Below are positions 23,669-37,691 of a stretch of DNA of 64,000 nucleotides, one piece after another (the stretch's first letter is position 1; each line of letters opens with the position of its first letter). The DNA is taken from the NCBI GenBank assembly GCA_964016885.1, contig OZ024751.1:31682001-31746000 (forward strand). The letters run 5' to 3'. The stretch is from Eledone cirrhosa (lineage: Eukaryota). The position numbers and the translations under genes were made by a program. The notes under the pieces are model-generated. The model was not told where the DNA came from and searched no databases. It was given only the letters and a program-made list of their open reading frames with translations.

Positions 23669-26600
23669 GTAAACAGAAATATCAACACAATTGGTACAGT
23701 ATATGGAAGGAATATATTAGGTTAACGCTTAAATAGCAGGAAGAGGGTCTTAACGTTTCGGACGCAAGTCCTTCATCAGAATAAAGAATGAGAAAGAAGA
23801 TAGGTTGAAGGGACGGGTGGGGTGGAATTGGAAAAAATGTCATTAGATATTGAAGGTACTAGGGTGGGAGTGAAAAATAAAACATAAACTTAAGCCAAAA
23901 TCCCTATTTGGGGGAATATAAGCTAGACTGACTAAAATAAGTCAGTTTTACTTATATAATTCCCCATCCATGGTTTCTGGAATTCAAGAAACATTAATTA
24001 TTCCAAAACATTGGAATAACCAATATTGGAAGAATTACAATTCTGTCATCAGGGGAAAAATTCTTTGGAATAGGAGAAATTGAATACATATACATTCCAT
24101 GTCGTTGATGAACCGCATGGTGTCCAATCTGTTACGTCATTGAATTACTATATGAATATATCCCACTCAGTGTATTAGAACAATACAACAGGCTTATAGT
24201 GTAGCTGGAAATAGCAGCTAAAAACGTCTAAATCTGCTCAACAATGATGGAGCAGTTAATATCAATTTATAAAGTTAACTGCCTCTAATACTTAGACATC
24301 TCAATGAAAGGATAAGATATATTAATAAATTATCTACTCAGAGAATTAATTAAAGATATTAAACTCCCTATATATACATACACACACACATATACATATA
24401 TATATATACCACCTTTTTATGACCTCTTTTCTATGCCATCATGTGGACGGAATGTTTTGAGACAATGATTTACAGTTGGATGCTCTTCCTGGTGTCAAGA
24501 CTTTTAGTCACCACTTAAAACACACCTAATGTATGTATGTATGGACCTGTCCAACCCTTGCTAGCAGGGGAAGTGGATGTTAAAATGATGCCAATGATGA
24601 TAATATATATGACAGAGAGCTAGAATAAATACCAGAAAGTATTCTATTGGATGTTGAAACAATTTTGTCAATTCACCAATAGACTATACCCCCTAATTCT
24701 ATTAATGGGAGCCAAACAAATTCTTACCAGCAGCTTGATTTATCCGCTCTAGTTTGTTGGCTTCTGATGCCAGAATAATGGACTGCTTGTTTCCTTCAGC
24801 TACATTGATATCAGCTTCGCGTATACCTGGAAAAGATTGTAATTTATGATTACGACATTGACAGAGTGCCACAGAGAAAGACAGTTTGGACACTTGGAAA
24901 ATATTGTAGTTTATGATTATAACACATTGAAAGAGAGTCACAGAGAAAGACTGTTAAATGCAGAAATAGAGATACAATGAGGGTGTAAGACATGTTGATA
25001 TATCTAAAAAGGACATGGTCATCTGACCTGTTTGGTGCCCCAGAACATGACAACCAATATAGAAAATAGACAAAATGGCAATGAAGATGGTGACATTGCT
25101 GATCTTTAGACTTCCATCTTTTAACCCTTTCATTACTGTATTTCTAACGAAAGACACTGCCCATCTCTTTAACCCATCAATTACCATATTTCTAAAATAT
25201 TATTTTGGAATTAAGTAAAGGAATATATTGGAATTATGTAAAAGACTGTATTGGAATTACGTACAAGACTGTATTGGAATTACGTACAAGACTGTATTGG
25301 AATTATGGAATTATGTAAAGATTGTATCAGAGCCGAACCTTCTGATTCCAAAATGGCTGCTCGTTTTTTTCGTTCTGCTTCAACTTGCATCTGCATTGCT
25401 TCCTGAATACGTGCTGGTAACTTCATATCTCCTGTTAACAAAACACATAAAATACAAGTACAGTTATCTTCATATCTCCTGTTAAAATATATGTACGGCC
25501 ATCTTCATAGACGAGTTTTTCCCCCACCATTAGTAAACAATGAAAAGTAATTATTTCTTTAACATTTTTGGAAATACCAGTAAATATGTTGATAAAGAAC
25601 AACAGCAGTAATAATAGAGTAAAACTTATTTCATATCACAATTGGTGAATAACATTGTTGGTGGTTACATATTTTTAATAGCCTTTACCTTGAAAATACA
25701 ATAGTATATATAGAGTAATGTAAATGCTAAAGGGTAACAAGAAAGACAACACTTTGTTATTGAGGTTATTCCACTGATAGCTTGAACAAGAAAGACAACC
25801 TTAAAAGATGTTACTCCACTGATAATTCAAATAAATGGCTCTCTCTCTCTCACTATAAATAAATAGAACAACTTACTGATTTCGTATCTTAAACAATCAA
25901 TACCCCAAGCTTCTGCTGCTTTATTGATTGCCTCTGCAAGAAAACAAAAATATTTAAAAATGAGCTGACATTCCATGAATAACTGTCTTTTCACTACTGA
26001 ACATTTATGTAATTATATCCTAGAAATAGATTATTAAAATAGTATTCTTTTCTTTAATTACTTGCATGTGTCAATAATCAACATAAACTATAGGGTTTCT
26101 CTGAATATCTTCATTATCATTTAACATCCCCTTTCCCTGCTAGCAAGGGTTAAATGGATCTACATAGACCAAGTCAGTACTGAAGCAGAGTTACTGACCC
26201 ACCAGAAAGGCCAAAGAGGTCCGTATCCCCATTACGTATGATCATAATCGAGTGCAGAGAAGTTGTTGTGCCGTTTGACACAAACTGAACGATCCTCCTA
26301 ACCCTTTGTTTGGCAATCTTTCTAAGGCTGGATGCCCTTCTTATTGCCAACCACTTTAACGTGTTTACAATAACTTATTTATAAACATGTTGTAGCTCGT
26401 TAATTAAATTATTACTTATTTGTTTACAATAAATAATTTGGACTATTATCCTCTTTACAAATGAAACACATTTTAAATATTTACATTTACATCATTTGTT
26501 GATTTATTTGATCTTTGATAAGTGTTTAATTCCTCAATATTTACACGGTACCAGACAGAGATAATAACACCATCACCCATTAGGGTATTGATGCTTTTAC

Positions 26601-28660
26601 ATCATCACTGCGTAACGTCTATTTTTCATGCTTGCATAGGTTAAATGGGTTGTCACGTACTGAAGCTAGACTGCTCAAGTGAGGTCTTGCTTCTACTTTG
26701 TTTTTGTCTTGATTTCTATGACTGGATACCCTTCTTAATGCCAATCACTTTACAGCATGTACTGGGAACATGGTTTCTACAACTGCATGCTCTTCCTAAA
26801 GCCAACAACTTTACAGCATGTGCTGGGAACACTTTGTGACTCAGGCACTACCACCATTACAGGGTGGACTGGGAGTTTTTTTTCATGGCATCAGCACTAA
26901 TACCTTACAGGGTACAATTGTGTTTGTGTGTCAATGTGTTTAGTGCAAGATTTCTAGAGAGGGAGTGAGAATATAAGCTGGGACAACTTGCTAATTATAC
27001 AATCAATTTTTTACATCTGTTTTTCGATGCTTGTTTGGGTAACAAGAACATACTAAATAACATAAAAATAGTTATGAAGGAAGAAAACAGGAGTCCTTTC
27101 TGTTGGAACTTACCTACAATAGCATAATTTAACAGTTCTCGTTCTCTAAATACAGTATCAAGATTGATTTTGCCTATTTCTGATCTCATTGTAGTTTGAG
27201 CCAACTGTGTTATAGCATACTCAGCATCTTCAACGCCATAACTGGCCTTAAAAAAAAAAAAAAAACAGGGAGAGAAAGAAAGACATTTGTAATTATCAGA
27301 AATCTACACAGTTTGAAAAGTCATAAAATAGTCACCCTGAATTATGTAAGAAGGTTTTTGTCAAGTTTTATTTCAAACATTAACTTAATTCTTTGTAACA
27401 TTGGTACAATGCTAGCAATTTGAAATTTGGACGAATTGTTAACAGACCAGTTTGGTACTCAAGTAGAGCTACTGTCTTCCCAGGTGAGACAAGCCTGCAT
27501 CATGCTTACATTTAATTTCACATTCTACCAAGTGCATTTTACTATAGCACCAGCACTAGGGAGGTTGTCATGTCTTTCACACAGCTGAATGGTCCTCTTA
27601 ACCTTTTGTTTGGCAGGTTTTCTATGGCTCCAACCACTTTACAGACTGTACGAAGTGTGTTTATCATGTAGATCACCAACTCTAGCAAAGTTGTCATGTC
27701 CTTGCAAATTATGCTTTCTTTATATGTAAAGATACCATTTCTACTGCCAATATATGAAGATTCTGCACCTGAGAGGCATCAACACAACTGATTATATTCT
27801 TCATATGATCAAAAATTGTGACAAGTTTATCAGTCAGTATTGATAAAAAAAACTGGTAAAGTTAAGGTTTGGAAGAAATACAATAACAACATGAAGAAAT
27901 AATGTAAAATGTTACAATTAAAGAAGAAGACTCTTACTTTGTAGGCATCAACGACTCTCAGGTAAAGTACACCATCAATTTGTAAGGTAACATTATCTGG
28001 GAGGAAGAGAAACTTGTGTTGAAGAGATTCATAGGTGTAAATATGAAAGTTAACAAGATATACAGAACATAGCATTGGAGGTTAATGAGATATACACAAG
28101 ACATGAAAGTTAATGAGATATACACTGGACATGGAAGTTAACAAGAAATACACTGGACATGGAGGTTGATGAGAAATACACTGGACATGGAGGTTGATGA
28201 GAAATACACTGGATATCACATGTATTTTATTAGTGACAAAATGGTTAAAAACCAGAACAACAAAAAAAGAGATTTTATGGAGAACTTACCAATAGAAATA
28301 GCGCTCTGTTGGGGAATATCAATAGCAATTTCCTTCAGACTTTGGACGTATTTAATGGTGTCAACCACAGGAATGACCAAGTTCAAGCCCTAGTATAGAA
28401 AACAGTTAATAGTACTTTATTATTATAAATACATATATGGTATAAAGATCAATGAACTAATTAACACTTTGGTAGTGACCTACAATCAAGTAGACGCCAG
28501 AGTTGAGATTTTATCCTTAATTATTACAGCTGGCCCAATAAAATAATCTTAAGGACTCATCATCATTGTTTTACAACCATTTTCATTGCTTACATGGGTT
28601 GGATGCACACACACACATATATATATATATATACACACACATACATACACATATATATAT

Positions 28661-28699
<39 letters not shown>

Positions 28700-31600
28700 C
28701 ACACACATACATATATATATATACACACACACACACATATATATATACACACACATACATACACATAATATTTGTTATTAATGGTGACTGCTTATTCTGA
28801 AGCTATGCCAAATGGTACTGTCTTATCAAAACAAAATGCTTTGATAAGCCAGTAACATTGGCAAAACTTTGTGCTGGTGCCATCAAAAACGCACAGGTGC
28901 TGGTGTTGTAAAAGACATAGGTGATGGTGCTGTGAAAACACCGGTGAGGGTGCCACGAGAAACATACTGGTGATGGTGTCACAATTAACAAGATTGGTTG
29001 CTCTGTGCCATCTGGTCATGGACCGTAACAATCCATTCAACCCATGCCAGTGTGGCGGTCTTCGACTGTGACAACCCAGTGTGGAAAGGGGACACACCAT
29101 GATGATGATTATTATACCTAATCTACTTTGGTTTTCTATTTCTCACTAAATATTTAATTGTCCAGTATATTCAATCCTCATTAACTAATTACTGTTGAAG
29201 CAGCCAGTAACTGTTAGCAGATTGATTACTATTTATAGCTGATAATCTCTTCTTAATACACTTCTAGTACAACAGTGGCATATTCACTCTCCCACTCCAT
29301 GTGTGACAGCCATACTCTCACTCTACACATATATCCCCTCCCACTTCCCCCATCCTACTCCAGATGTGACATATACACCCACTCCACATGTTGTTCAGTC
29401 GCATCTAAGCCTTCATCAACATGCCAGAGATCAGAGTATTCTCTCTACCTGAACACACTAGTTTTAAATCCTAGTTAACGGTATGCCAGGTATTACAAAT
29501 AACATCATTCTATTTTAAAAGAAACACTAGATATCACTATGTCCAGTATAGAAATAATTGTTTCTACTTTTGGCACAAGGCCAGCAATTATCCCAGGGCA
29601 TTACTGGTACTTTATTTTATCGACTCCATAAGGATGAAAGGCAAAGTCAACCTCAGCGTGATTTGAACTCTCAGATCATAAAGGGACGTAACTATGCTGG
29701 AAAGCATGGCGTTCGACCCTCTACCGATACTGCCAATCCACCATCCAGTATAGAAATAATTGTTTCTACTTTAAGCACAAGGCCAGCAATTATCCAGTGC
29801 ATTACTGGTACTTTATTTTATCGACTCCATAAGGATGAAAGGCAAAGTCAACCTCGGCGGGATTTGAACTCAGATCGTAAAGGGACGTAACTATGCTGGA
29901 AAGCATGGCGTCCGACCCTCTACCGATACTGCCAATCCACCATCCAGTATAGAAATAATGTTACTTTATATTGTTTTATTCTACCTTCAAAGAGACAGTG
30001 AATAAGGGTATGTCCAGTATTGAAATATGGGGTAATGGTACATTCAGCACTGAAATAACATTTCTTTAAATTGTTTTATTCTACCTTCAAAGAGACAGTG
30101 AGCAATGGTACATCTAGTATTGAAATAATGTTTCTTCAAATCACTTCACTCTATTTTCAAAGAAACAGTAACATTAAAATAAGAAAAAGAGTTAAAATGA
30201 GATAGTAAAGCAAGAAATACCAACTGGTTCTAAGATTTTATGGTATTTGCCAAATCTTTCAATAATCCATGCCTCTTGTTGTGGGACAAATAATAACACT
30301 GTGTTGATTGGTAATCTAGATCTATGTCTCACATGTTGGTGGGCTACTGTAACTTTGTTTAATACCTGAAAAGACAACAAGAAACAATATTGAAATATTT
30401 ACCATTTTGAGGTCGAAAACCAAATTTAACTGTTGACACCAATTCACCCAAAACTCATCATCATCATTGATTTTACATTCACCTTTCCATGTTAGCATGG
30501 GTTGGACAGAATATTTTGAGACTGTTTTACAGCTGGATGCTCTTAATGGCACCAACCCTTTTACTCGCATTTTCTTACGATATGCAGGAATATGGTGTAT
30601 TCTAAAAATTGGAATATTAGAGACACCTTAACTCTTTAACATTTAAACCAGCCGTATCCGGCCAGAATTCTCTCACTTTCTGTTCAAACCGGCCGCTCAT
30701 ACCTGCATCAATGTATTGTTCTTAAAACAAATTACATCAAAATATCATAGATTTGATATGATATCAGATAAAGCCTTGACTGTGAAAATACAATAGCAAA
30801 TATAGAGCAATGTAAATGTTAAAGGGTAAAAAAAAAAATCTGGCTATTCAAAGTACAATAAATCCCCAGTAAAAATCTCTTGTTAAAATAGTTTATTAAC
30901 AATTGTAATTTAAATAGTGTTGAGGTAAACAGTTCATTGCAGATTGCAGCAATGGAACTCTTGATAACATATTTTCTACTGAAAGACACCATGTCTTCCT
31001 AATGTGGTTTGATGTCATACAGGGCATTGTTGAATATCTTGCTAATCCTGTTTGATGTGGTAGAGGGTGTTAAGAGTGTAATAAACCCTCAAATAAATAT
31101 GAACCAAAAAACAATTCCTGTTTGGAAAGCATTCACCATATCAGACAAATCTGGTTCATTTATCATTTTCTATTTCATTCGTTTGTTTAAATAGAACTTT
31201 TCAACACTATAATTAAACTATAAAAATCAATTGTTCATGAATAAATTCAATGTAACATGTAATAACTGAAGTTGAAAGTCTACTGCAGATATCATCAGTA
31301 TTATTATTTAACATCCGGTTTCCCAGTTAGCAATGGTTGGCTGGACAATAACTCAATTCTTCCCGTTTACAATGGAAAACTTCTCAAATATTGTATTTAT
31401 TTTCATATGGAACAGGGTCAATATAGTGTAGTGAGAGGCGTACAGCCAATTTAACCCAGCTGAATCCGACCAGAATTCTCTCACCTCTCTGTTCAAACCG
31501 ACCATAACTTGCTGCTCATACTATGTTAGGGTATTGTTCTCAAAATAAATAATATCTAAATTTCATAGACTCGATATTATGTGAGGTAAAGCCTTTACTG

Positions 31601-33960
31601 CGAAAATTTAATAGTAAATATAAAGGGTTAATGTAGCTTAGAACAGTGAGAATGTTATTAGCAACTACATGGTTAGAAATAGTAGTCAAATTTCCCTCAA
31701 AATCACACATCTACCACTTGATATTAGACAATGTAGTCCTAGATATACAAAATTATGAGATGGTGTCTTTCATTGGAAATATGGTATTAAAAGAGTTTTT
31801 TACAGAAACATTTGCTACTTTGTTTGGTGAAATATCTATCAGGTTTTGTTTGTAATAAATGTACTGTAGTCCTTATCTCTATGGACTATTCTATAAAATG
31901 TTGGTACATTTTAATAAAATATTTTAAAATTAAAAGATGACGTGTTTGCAACTGAAATTTTGGGAGCTACTGGTATAAAACAGTATATGTCTCAGTGAAA
32001 TATTGGGAACAGTTTATGTAGGATGATATATCTCATAAGATTTAGTTTCTATATATATTTACATTGTAGATTCAAATGCTACATGAACTGATGTAGTATC
32101 TCATCTTTCCTCGTTTAACACAATAAATACTTTCTAATTTAGGCATAAGTCCTGCAATTTGGAAGGAAGGGGCAGAGGCGAAGGTTGATTTCATTTGACC
32201 CCAGTACTTAACTGGTACTTTATTTTATCGATCCCAGAACAATGAAAAGCAAAGTTGACTTTGGTGGGATTTGAACACAAAGTAAAGAGCCATAACTAAA
32301 TGCTATAAAGCATTTCATCCAATTCTCTACCGATTCTGCTAATACTAGTAATATGTTTTAAAATTCTTTCCAGTTAATCAATAACCGCGTATTCTACACA
32401 ACCATTACTGGCACCATGATGAAGTTCTTCCTTCAGTTCATCCAGTCCAGCATTGCCATCTGAAGCTAATCCTTCTCTCCAATCCAGTGTCATCTTCAAG
32501 GTCACGACCATGTGTGTGACAATATAATAATATATAACAGTGCCATCTGAAATTTTCCATTGCCTCCAACCCGGTATCATCTTCAAGAATATTCTTTAAT
32601 GTCATAACCATGTAATGTGACAGTATTATATACAACAGTGCCATCTGAAGCTACACCTTGCTTCCAACCCAGTGTCATCTTCAAGAACATCCTTCAATGT
32701 CATGACCATATATGTGACAATATAAAGCAGCAATTGGTGTTTAATCCTTTTCATATCAAACTGCCAGAGACTGCCCCTTGTTTTACAGTACAAAAATATT
32801 CATTTTTATTTATCTAAAACCTTTCCAATATAACTATATAAGAACTTTGGTTAAGTTACGTTCCAAACACCAGCTTAAACGAAAAACTTAATTATTTTAC
32901 TAAATCCCTTAAAATTCTTGATTATTCCCGAAATTTATTGAACACAGGCAGTGTTTTTCATTATAAATATAGTAACGAAAGGGTTAAAGTGTTTGGTGGC
33001 TGAGACTGGATCTTGTGTTCAAGTTCCTTATCTGGCATTTCCATGTGACTCTTAAGAATTTATATTCTTCAACTTTGTTGGAAATGAGGCTTCCACTTAG
33101 CAAATGAATGGTTAGTGTAAGGGAAGGGCATTTAACAGGAAAAACAGTCAGTACTTCGAAGAGATATCCAACACCTCATTAGCAACAACTTTAAAACAAA
33201 ACAACAACAAAAAATCTGTCTGTATAAGGAGAGAAAAAGAAAAAATAAGTGGGCGTGCATGGATGGAGGGATCCAAAATTTTCAAGACATTTTCAGCTGA
33301 ATGGAAATTTACGTTATTAGCATAAATTATTAGTAGTAATAATATGACACCATCCACTGAACTTGTCGCATTCAAAGAAACAATACATATATGTACAGTA
33401 TTTTAGTTGTGGTTTTGGTAGCACTATGTAAAATGCCACAAGAATGTCCGTCTCCCCGGCCACCACCACAACACGACTTAATCTTCATGTAAAAGAGAGA
33501 CAGACGTTTTCATAGCTTTCAAACACAGACAAGTATATCAATCAACACGTGATTTTTCCTCACTATCATCAGTCTTCGTAAATCAAAACCACTTCGTTTT
33601 CCTTTTAAATACATAAACAAATATACATACATATATCTCTCTATACACACACACATGACTTTAATTAGACAGTATTATCAACATGTAAAATAAATTTCTC
33701 GATATAAAAATTCGTTGATTTATTGATTGCTTCGCAAATCACAAAGCTGAAAAAAGTGTGTGAAATGGAGACATTATTTCGGCTAATTAGAGAAACTTCA
33801 GGTATATCCTACATAGGAACAAGGTGTGATATATTTTTAAAAAAAGAAAGAAAAGATATGAAAATAGTGCAAAACATCGGTGCATTTCTCAAGGGCATTA
33901 TCGGTGTTGAGTGAAATGAAAAACAAGGAAACGAAACCGGGATATCGCTAGACCCACCTG

Positions 33961-33995
<35 letters not shown>

Positions 33996-36046
33996 CTTAG
34001 TCTATAGCACTAGCCCCACGCCCAGTAATATATATACATACCATAGTATTAGCGTTAGTATTTTATAAAACTACAAAGAAAATTCCTAATACTAGTGCAG
34101 CAACAGCTTTTTCTCACGAATATTAAATAAATCTTATCACCTTATATAATATATATATATATATATATAATGTGATAGTAACTTCGATATTTCAACTAGT
34201 CGCTTCATTTGGCTTCCCAAACGCAGCGAACAAACTGAAACTTCGAAGTCACTACCACTTATCTACTCAATACATACACAGACATTATATATATATTCCA
34301 ATACTTAAACTCAGTGGAGCGGAGAGGGTTAGAAAGCTATGACTACTAATAATAGGTCAATCCTGCAAATATTAAAATATGCATTAGCTTATTACTAAAA
34401 AAATACAAAATAAAATAGTTGTTTCTTAATCTGATTTTAATCCCAAGTTTTAGAATAGAGATTTGATGTATCACTTTATGGAGGGCATTAACGATGATTG
34501 AGGATCAACTAGAACCTTCGTTGTTGAGACACAAAGAATGTAGTACTATCACAGACAATAATGGTTTCTGAATTGGACACAAGGCCAACAATGTTAGGAG
34601 AGGGAAAAGTCGATTAAATCGACCTCAGTACATTACTGGTACTTTATCAACTTCGTAAGAATCAAAGGCAGCGGTTAACCTCAGCGGGATTTGAAATCAT
34701 AACAGACAATAATGATAATGATTTCTTTCATTTGCCACAAGAACATCGAATGAAGGAGTCATTACAAAGACAAGATGTAACATAAAGGTGGATGTTCACA
34801 TAGAAATGAGTACAAAGAGGGGTGACATGCCTACATAGTATATAATTATGAGGCATTCAGTCTGATTACTAATTAAGGCACAAGGTCAGCAATTTGTGGG
34901 GTGGGAGTCAGTCGATTATCTCGCCTATCACCCCAGTACTTTATTTTATCGACCCCTGGAGGATGAACGGCAAAGCTAATAATAATATCAATAGATAAAA
35001 AATGTCTTACATAATTACAAGATGCTCGAGTTATATACATTAAAGAATCTGTGACATTCTTTATCATAATATTTGCAACATTAAACTCAGCTACAAAATA
35101 TTGCCGAGGAATTTAAAGTGTAAAAATAAAAGTAGATTTATAGTATGACCAGGGAATATTTTCTTGGACTTAGATACACCATTGAATAGAAATAAATGAG
35201 CTAAAGACAGGTGTATAGAATAAAAGCTAAATGCAATTATCTAACGTGAGTGTCCTTAAACCGACCTCTCCAACACAAACAACTTTTTCATTCTAAGCTG
35301 ACTACATCAGTTTTATTCCCAATTTAAACACTCGATGTTATTTTAAAGAATATGACAAGCGAATGAGGAACAACTACGTGCTAGAAATAATAGCCAAATG
35401 GTAGAGGGACATCCACTTGCTCGATATAATAGCCACATGGTAGAGGAGAGAGGGACAAAAGCCAAATGGTAGAGGAACATCAAAGTGCTAGAAATAATAA
35501 CCAACTGGTAGAGAGATATTTACGTGCTAGAAATAATAGCCAAAAGCCAAATGGTAACTTAATGTTTTAAAAATTAACGGACATATTAGTTAATGTAGTC
35601 TTAGATAGATCGTCTGAGAAGAAAGAACAACAAATAAAAGAAATGGAGGAATAGTTGTGGTTGGAATTCCTTTGATCAAGGCACACCTGGGACTAAACAA
35701 CAGCTTAATTATACGAAAGACAATCTGATTAAAATAAAACTAGATTAAAGAGGCATGGGTTAATTTTGCATTTTTAATACACAAGAATAATGACATATAA
35801 TTAATCATATGAACATTTTAATAATTGATTAGGTTTTAAGGTTCAAATAGAAAATTGAAAACTGATGAAAGAAGTTGGACCGAAGGAAGCAACGTGTTGC
35901 CGAAATGCCGGTAAAACTAAAAATCGGTAATAAATACACAGACATCAAAATGTATAAAAGAAATAGAAGAAAAATAAACCAATACTAACTTCATTGCGTT
36001 TCGATAGCAAAGACTGCGGTCGTAAAATTTTCAATAAACTCGTCAT
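21179..36046 (-). CDS. STOML2: Stomatin-like protein 2, mitochondrial (SPFH/band 7); complement(join(21179..21292,22018..22146,23386..23465,24728..24826,25339..25431,25877..25933,27114..27246,27938..27996,28290..28389,30225..30365,35990..36046))
   Basis: Eleven phase-compatible GT-AG exons total 1062 nt (353 aa). Basic N-terminal presequence MTSLLKILRPQSLLSKRNE. Motifs: FVPQQEAWIIERFGKY, DNVTLQIDGVLYLRV, ASYGVED, QLAQTTMRSEIG, WGIDCLRYEI, QVEAERKKRAAILESEG, IAEEYVEAFSKLAK. Confidence 0.95.
22215..22345 (+). mobile_element. CR1/L2-type LINE 3' UTR fragment
   Basis: CACCTTTGACGAGTTGTAGTGCACCTGAGCACTTTACACAATAA(TTA)n tail, shared with 42830-43210 and 50668-52250. Confidence 0.65.
22787..23108 (+). 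mobile_element. Full-length SINE B with RTE-derived 3' tail
   Basis: tRNA-like head, CORE-like body, GGTTGGTGTTAGGAAGGGCATCCAGC module and CCCACCCTTGCAAGCAGGGAAAAAGCGGACGTAAAATGA tail matching the RTE ends; near-identical copy at 41408-41750. Confidence 0.85.
23748..23783 (-). ncRNA. Minimal type I hammerhead ribozyme motif (Penelope-like element remnant)
   Basis: Minus strand reads CTGATGA-A-GGAC-TTGC-GTCC-GAAA-CGT-T-AAGA: intact core, 4-bp stem II and palindromic ACGT stem III. Stem I is weakened in this copy. It lies in a TA-flanked repeat that recurs at about 43850-44030. Confidence 0.65.
29540..29960 (-). mobile_element. Head-to-tail tandem pair of SINE A copies
   Basis: Two ~200-bp near-identical units, with TCCAGTATAGAAATAAT present three times as junction or flank. 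Confidence 0.85.
32743..32986. mobile_element. piggyBac-type MITE family 2
   Basis: TTAA-flanked, ends ...GTAACGAAAGGG-TTAA; relatives at about 10231-10476, 16700-17050, 48770-49190 and 53382-53750. Confidence 0.55.
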
Positions 36047-36059
36047 TTTCAATTTCGCG

Positions 36060-36200
36060 TAAGAAAATAAATGCTTCGCTCCAATATGATGTAAATCACA
36101 ACCTATAGAAACCGGAAGTTCATAAATTGCTACAGCTGCGCGTCATGTGACTGATACCTCCGGTTTACCAAACCGGGTGTCAGTCGACACTTCCGTTATA
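36060..36200. promoter_or_regulatory. STOML2 proximal promoter within the divergent STOML2/NBAS intergenic region
   Basis: Locally CpG-rich; CCAAT at 36081, ETS/GABP ACCGGAAGT at 36111-36119 and CACTTCCG at about 36189, M-box/CLEAR-like GTCATGTGAC at 36142-36151. Confidence 0.6.
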
Positions 36201-36339
36201 CTAACTGATAGGGTCGTTCGAAAGTCGGATGGAATACTGTGCGATATTCTTTACGGCTTTCTGCAATCTGAGTTCAAATCTCAGCATCCCATCTCCAGCA
36301 TACATTTTGACCAACAGTTTATACCACACGTAATCTAAT

Positions 36340-36522
36340 ATTTGTTTCTACTTTAGGCACAAGGCCAGCAATTATCCCAGTGCATTACTGGTACTTTATT
36401 TTATCGACCCCGTAAGGATGAAAGGCAAAGTTAACCTCGGCGGGATTTGAACTCAGATCATAAAGGGACGTAACTATGCTGGAAAGCATGGCGTCCGACC
36501 CTCTACCGATACTGCCAATCCG
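36340..36522 (-). mobile_element. SINE A copy
   Basis: Near-identical to copies at 45583-45765(-), 56208-56392(+) and 40675-40810(-); older copies at about 7915-8105, 32130-32340 and 58160-58375. Confidence 0.85.
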
Positions 36523-36794
36523 TATTAGAGACCTTAATATATGAGATGTCCTGTACAACATGAAACAACACTAGCAAGACACTCGAAAAATTATAAAACA
36601 ACATTATGACTGCGTCTCATTAAAAATTAAAGTCTTTACGTTAATACTCCAAATTTTTACAATGATCTGTCTACTAGTTAAGAGACTACAAACATTTAGA
36701 TTAAAAAAACATACATTTTCAGGTATTTTCTGTTAAATATTTACAGGATGTTAAGAGGAAACCCTAGGAATGTCTTTAATTAGAAATATGGTAA

Positions 36795-37336
36795 CACGAG
36801 TGATGGAAGGTAGAAGGCTGAATTAAGTGCAATAATTGCAAAAAGTGGTGCAGTAATGCACCAGCTTCAGTAATCAGAAGAAGGGAAGTATGCGTAAAAG
36901 TCTAACTCGCTGTCTTCAATTCCGTTTTCATGCCAACCATACCCTATAGTCATGAATCTTGGGTAATGACCGAAAGAATACAAGCGGCCGAAATGGGGTT
37001 CCCCGAAGAGTCTTTGGAGTAACGTTACTCGATAAAGTGCGTAGCTCGGAGATGAGAGAGTCACTCCAGTAGAGCCGCTACTTCTCCGAATTGAAAGATC
37101 ACAGCTCCGATACTATGGGCATGTGGTTAGAATGTCTCAAGAAAAAATCGCTGGACAGATTTTGCGGGCGAAACCAACATGCCCAATGGTAGACCCCAAG
37201 CAAGATGGTTAGATAACATCCATGAGCTTGGCTGGTCACACTTGGGGATCCAGTCGGATCAATTGGAGACGGTTGCTTCTGACAGGACCTGCAAGAAGTG
37301 TTTGAGGACCCTCTCAGGAATAAGTGTGAGAAGAAG
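36795..37336 (+). mobile_element. Degraded RTE-clade LINE 3' fragment (second family)
   Basis: Remnants ..SHESWVMTERIQAAEMGF..QLRYYGHVVRM..RPQARWLDNI..; related minus-strand fragment at about 46726-46912. Confidence 0.7.
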
Positions 37337-37691
37337 GTAACAAAAAGGTTAAATCAAAAGGGTTAGAGTATTTAATTTATCTAAAACCTTCCATCATAAT
37401 TTTATGTAAGAACCTTCCAAAATTTCTCTAAATTCTTATTTATTTTCAAAATTGGATGGAAACAAAAGAATTAGACTTAAACATAAAAATCATTGTTTTT
37501 AATTTAGATAATTAATAAGTGACAGCTGATTATTACAATCTCAGAAATATATAATGCAAGTGTACGAAAATATCAAGTACTGAAGAATTAAGAGAGTTTT
37601 GATAGTTATATAAAGTGGTCGAATTAAATGGAATAATTAAGAGAAAGGTGAAGGTCTGAGTAATATAGCCAAGGTGAAGGTCGCAGTTAAA

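Noticed and set aside
28549-28800. Multiple YIYI/THTH ORFs (also 5333-6079, 14780-15064, 60366-60590)
   Set aside because: TA/CA microsatellite translations
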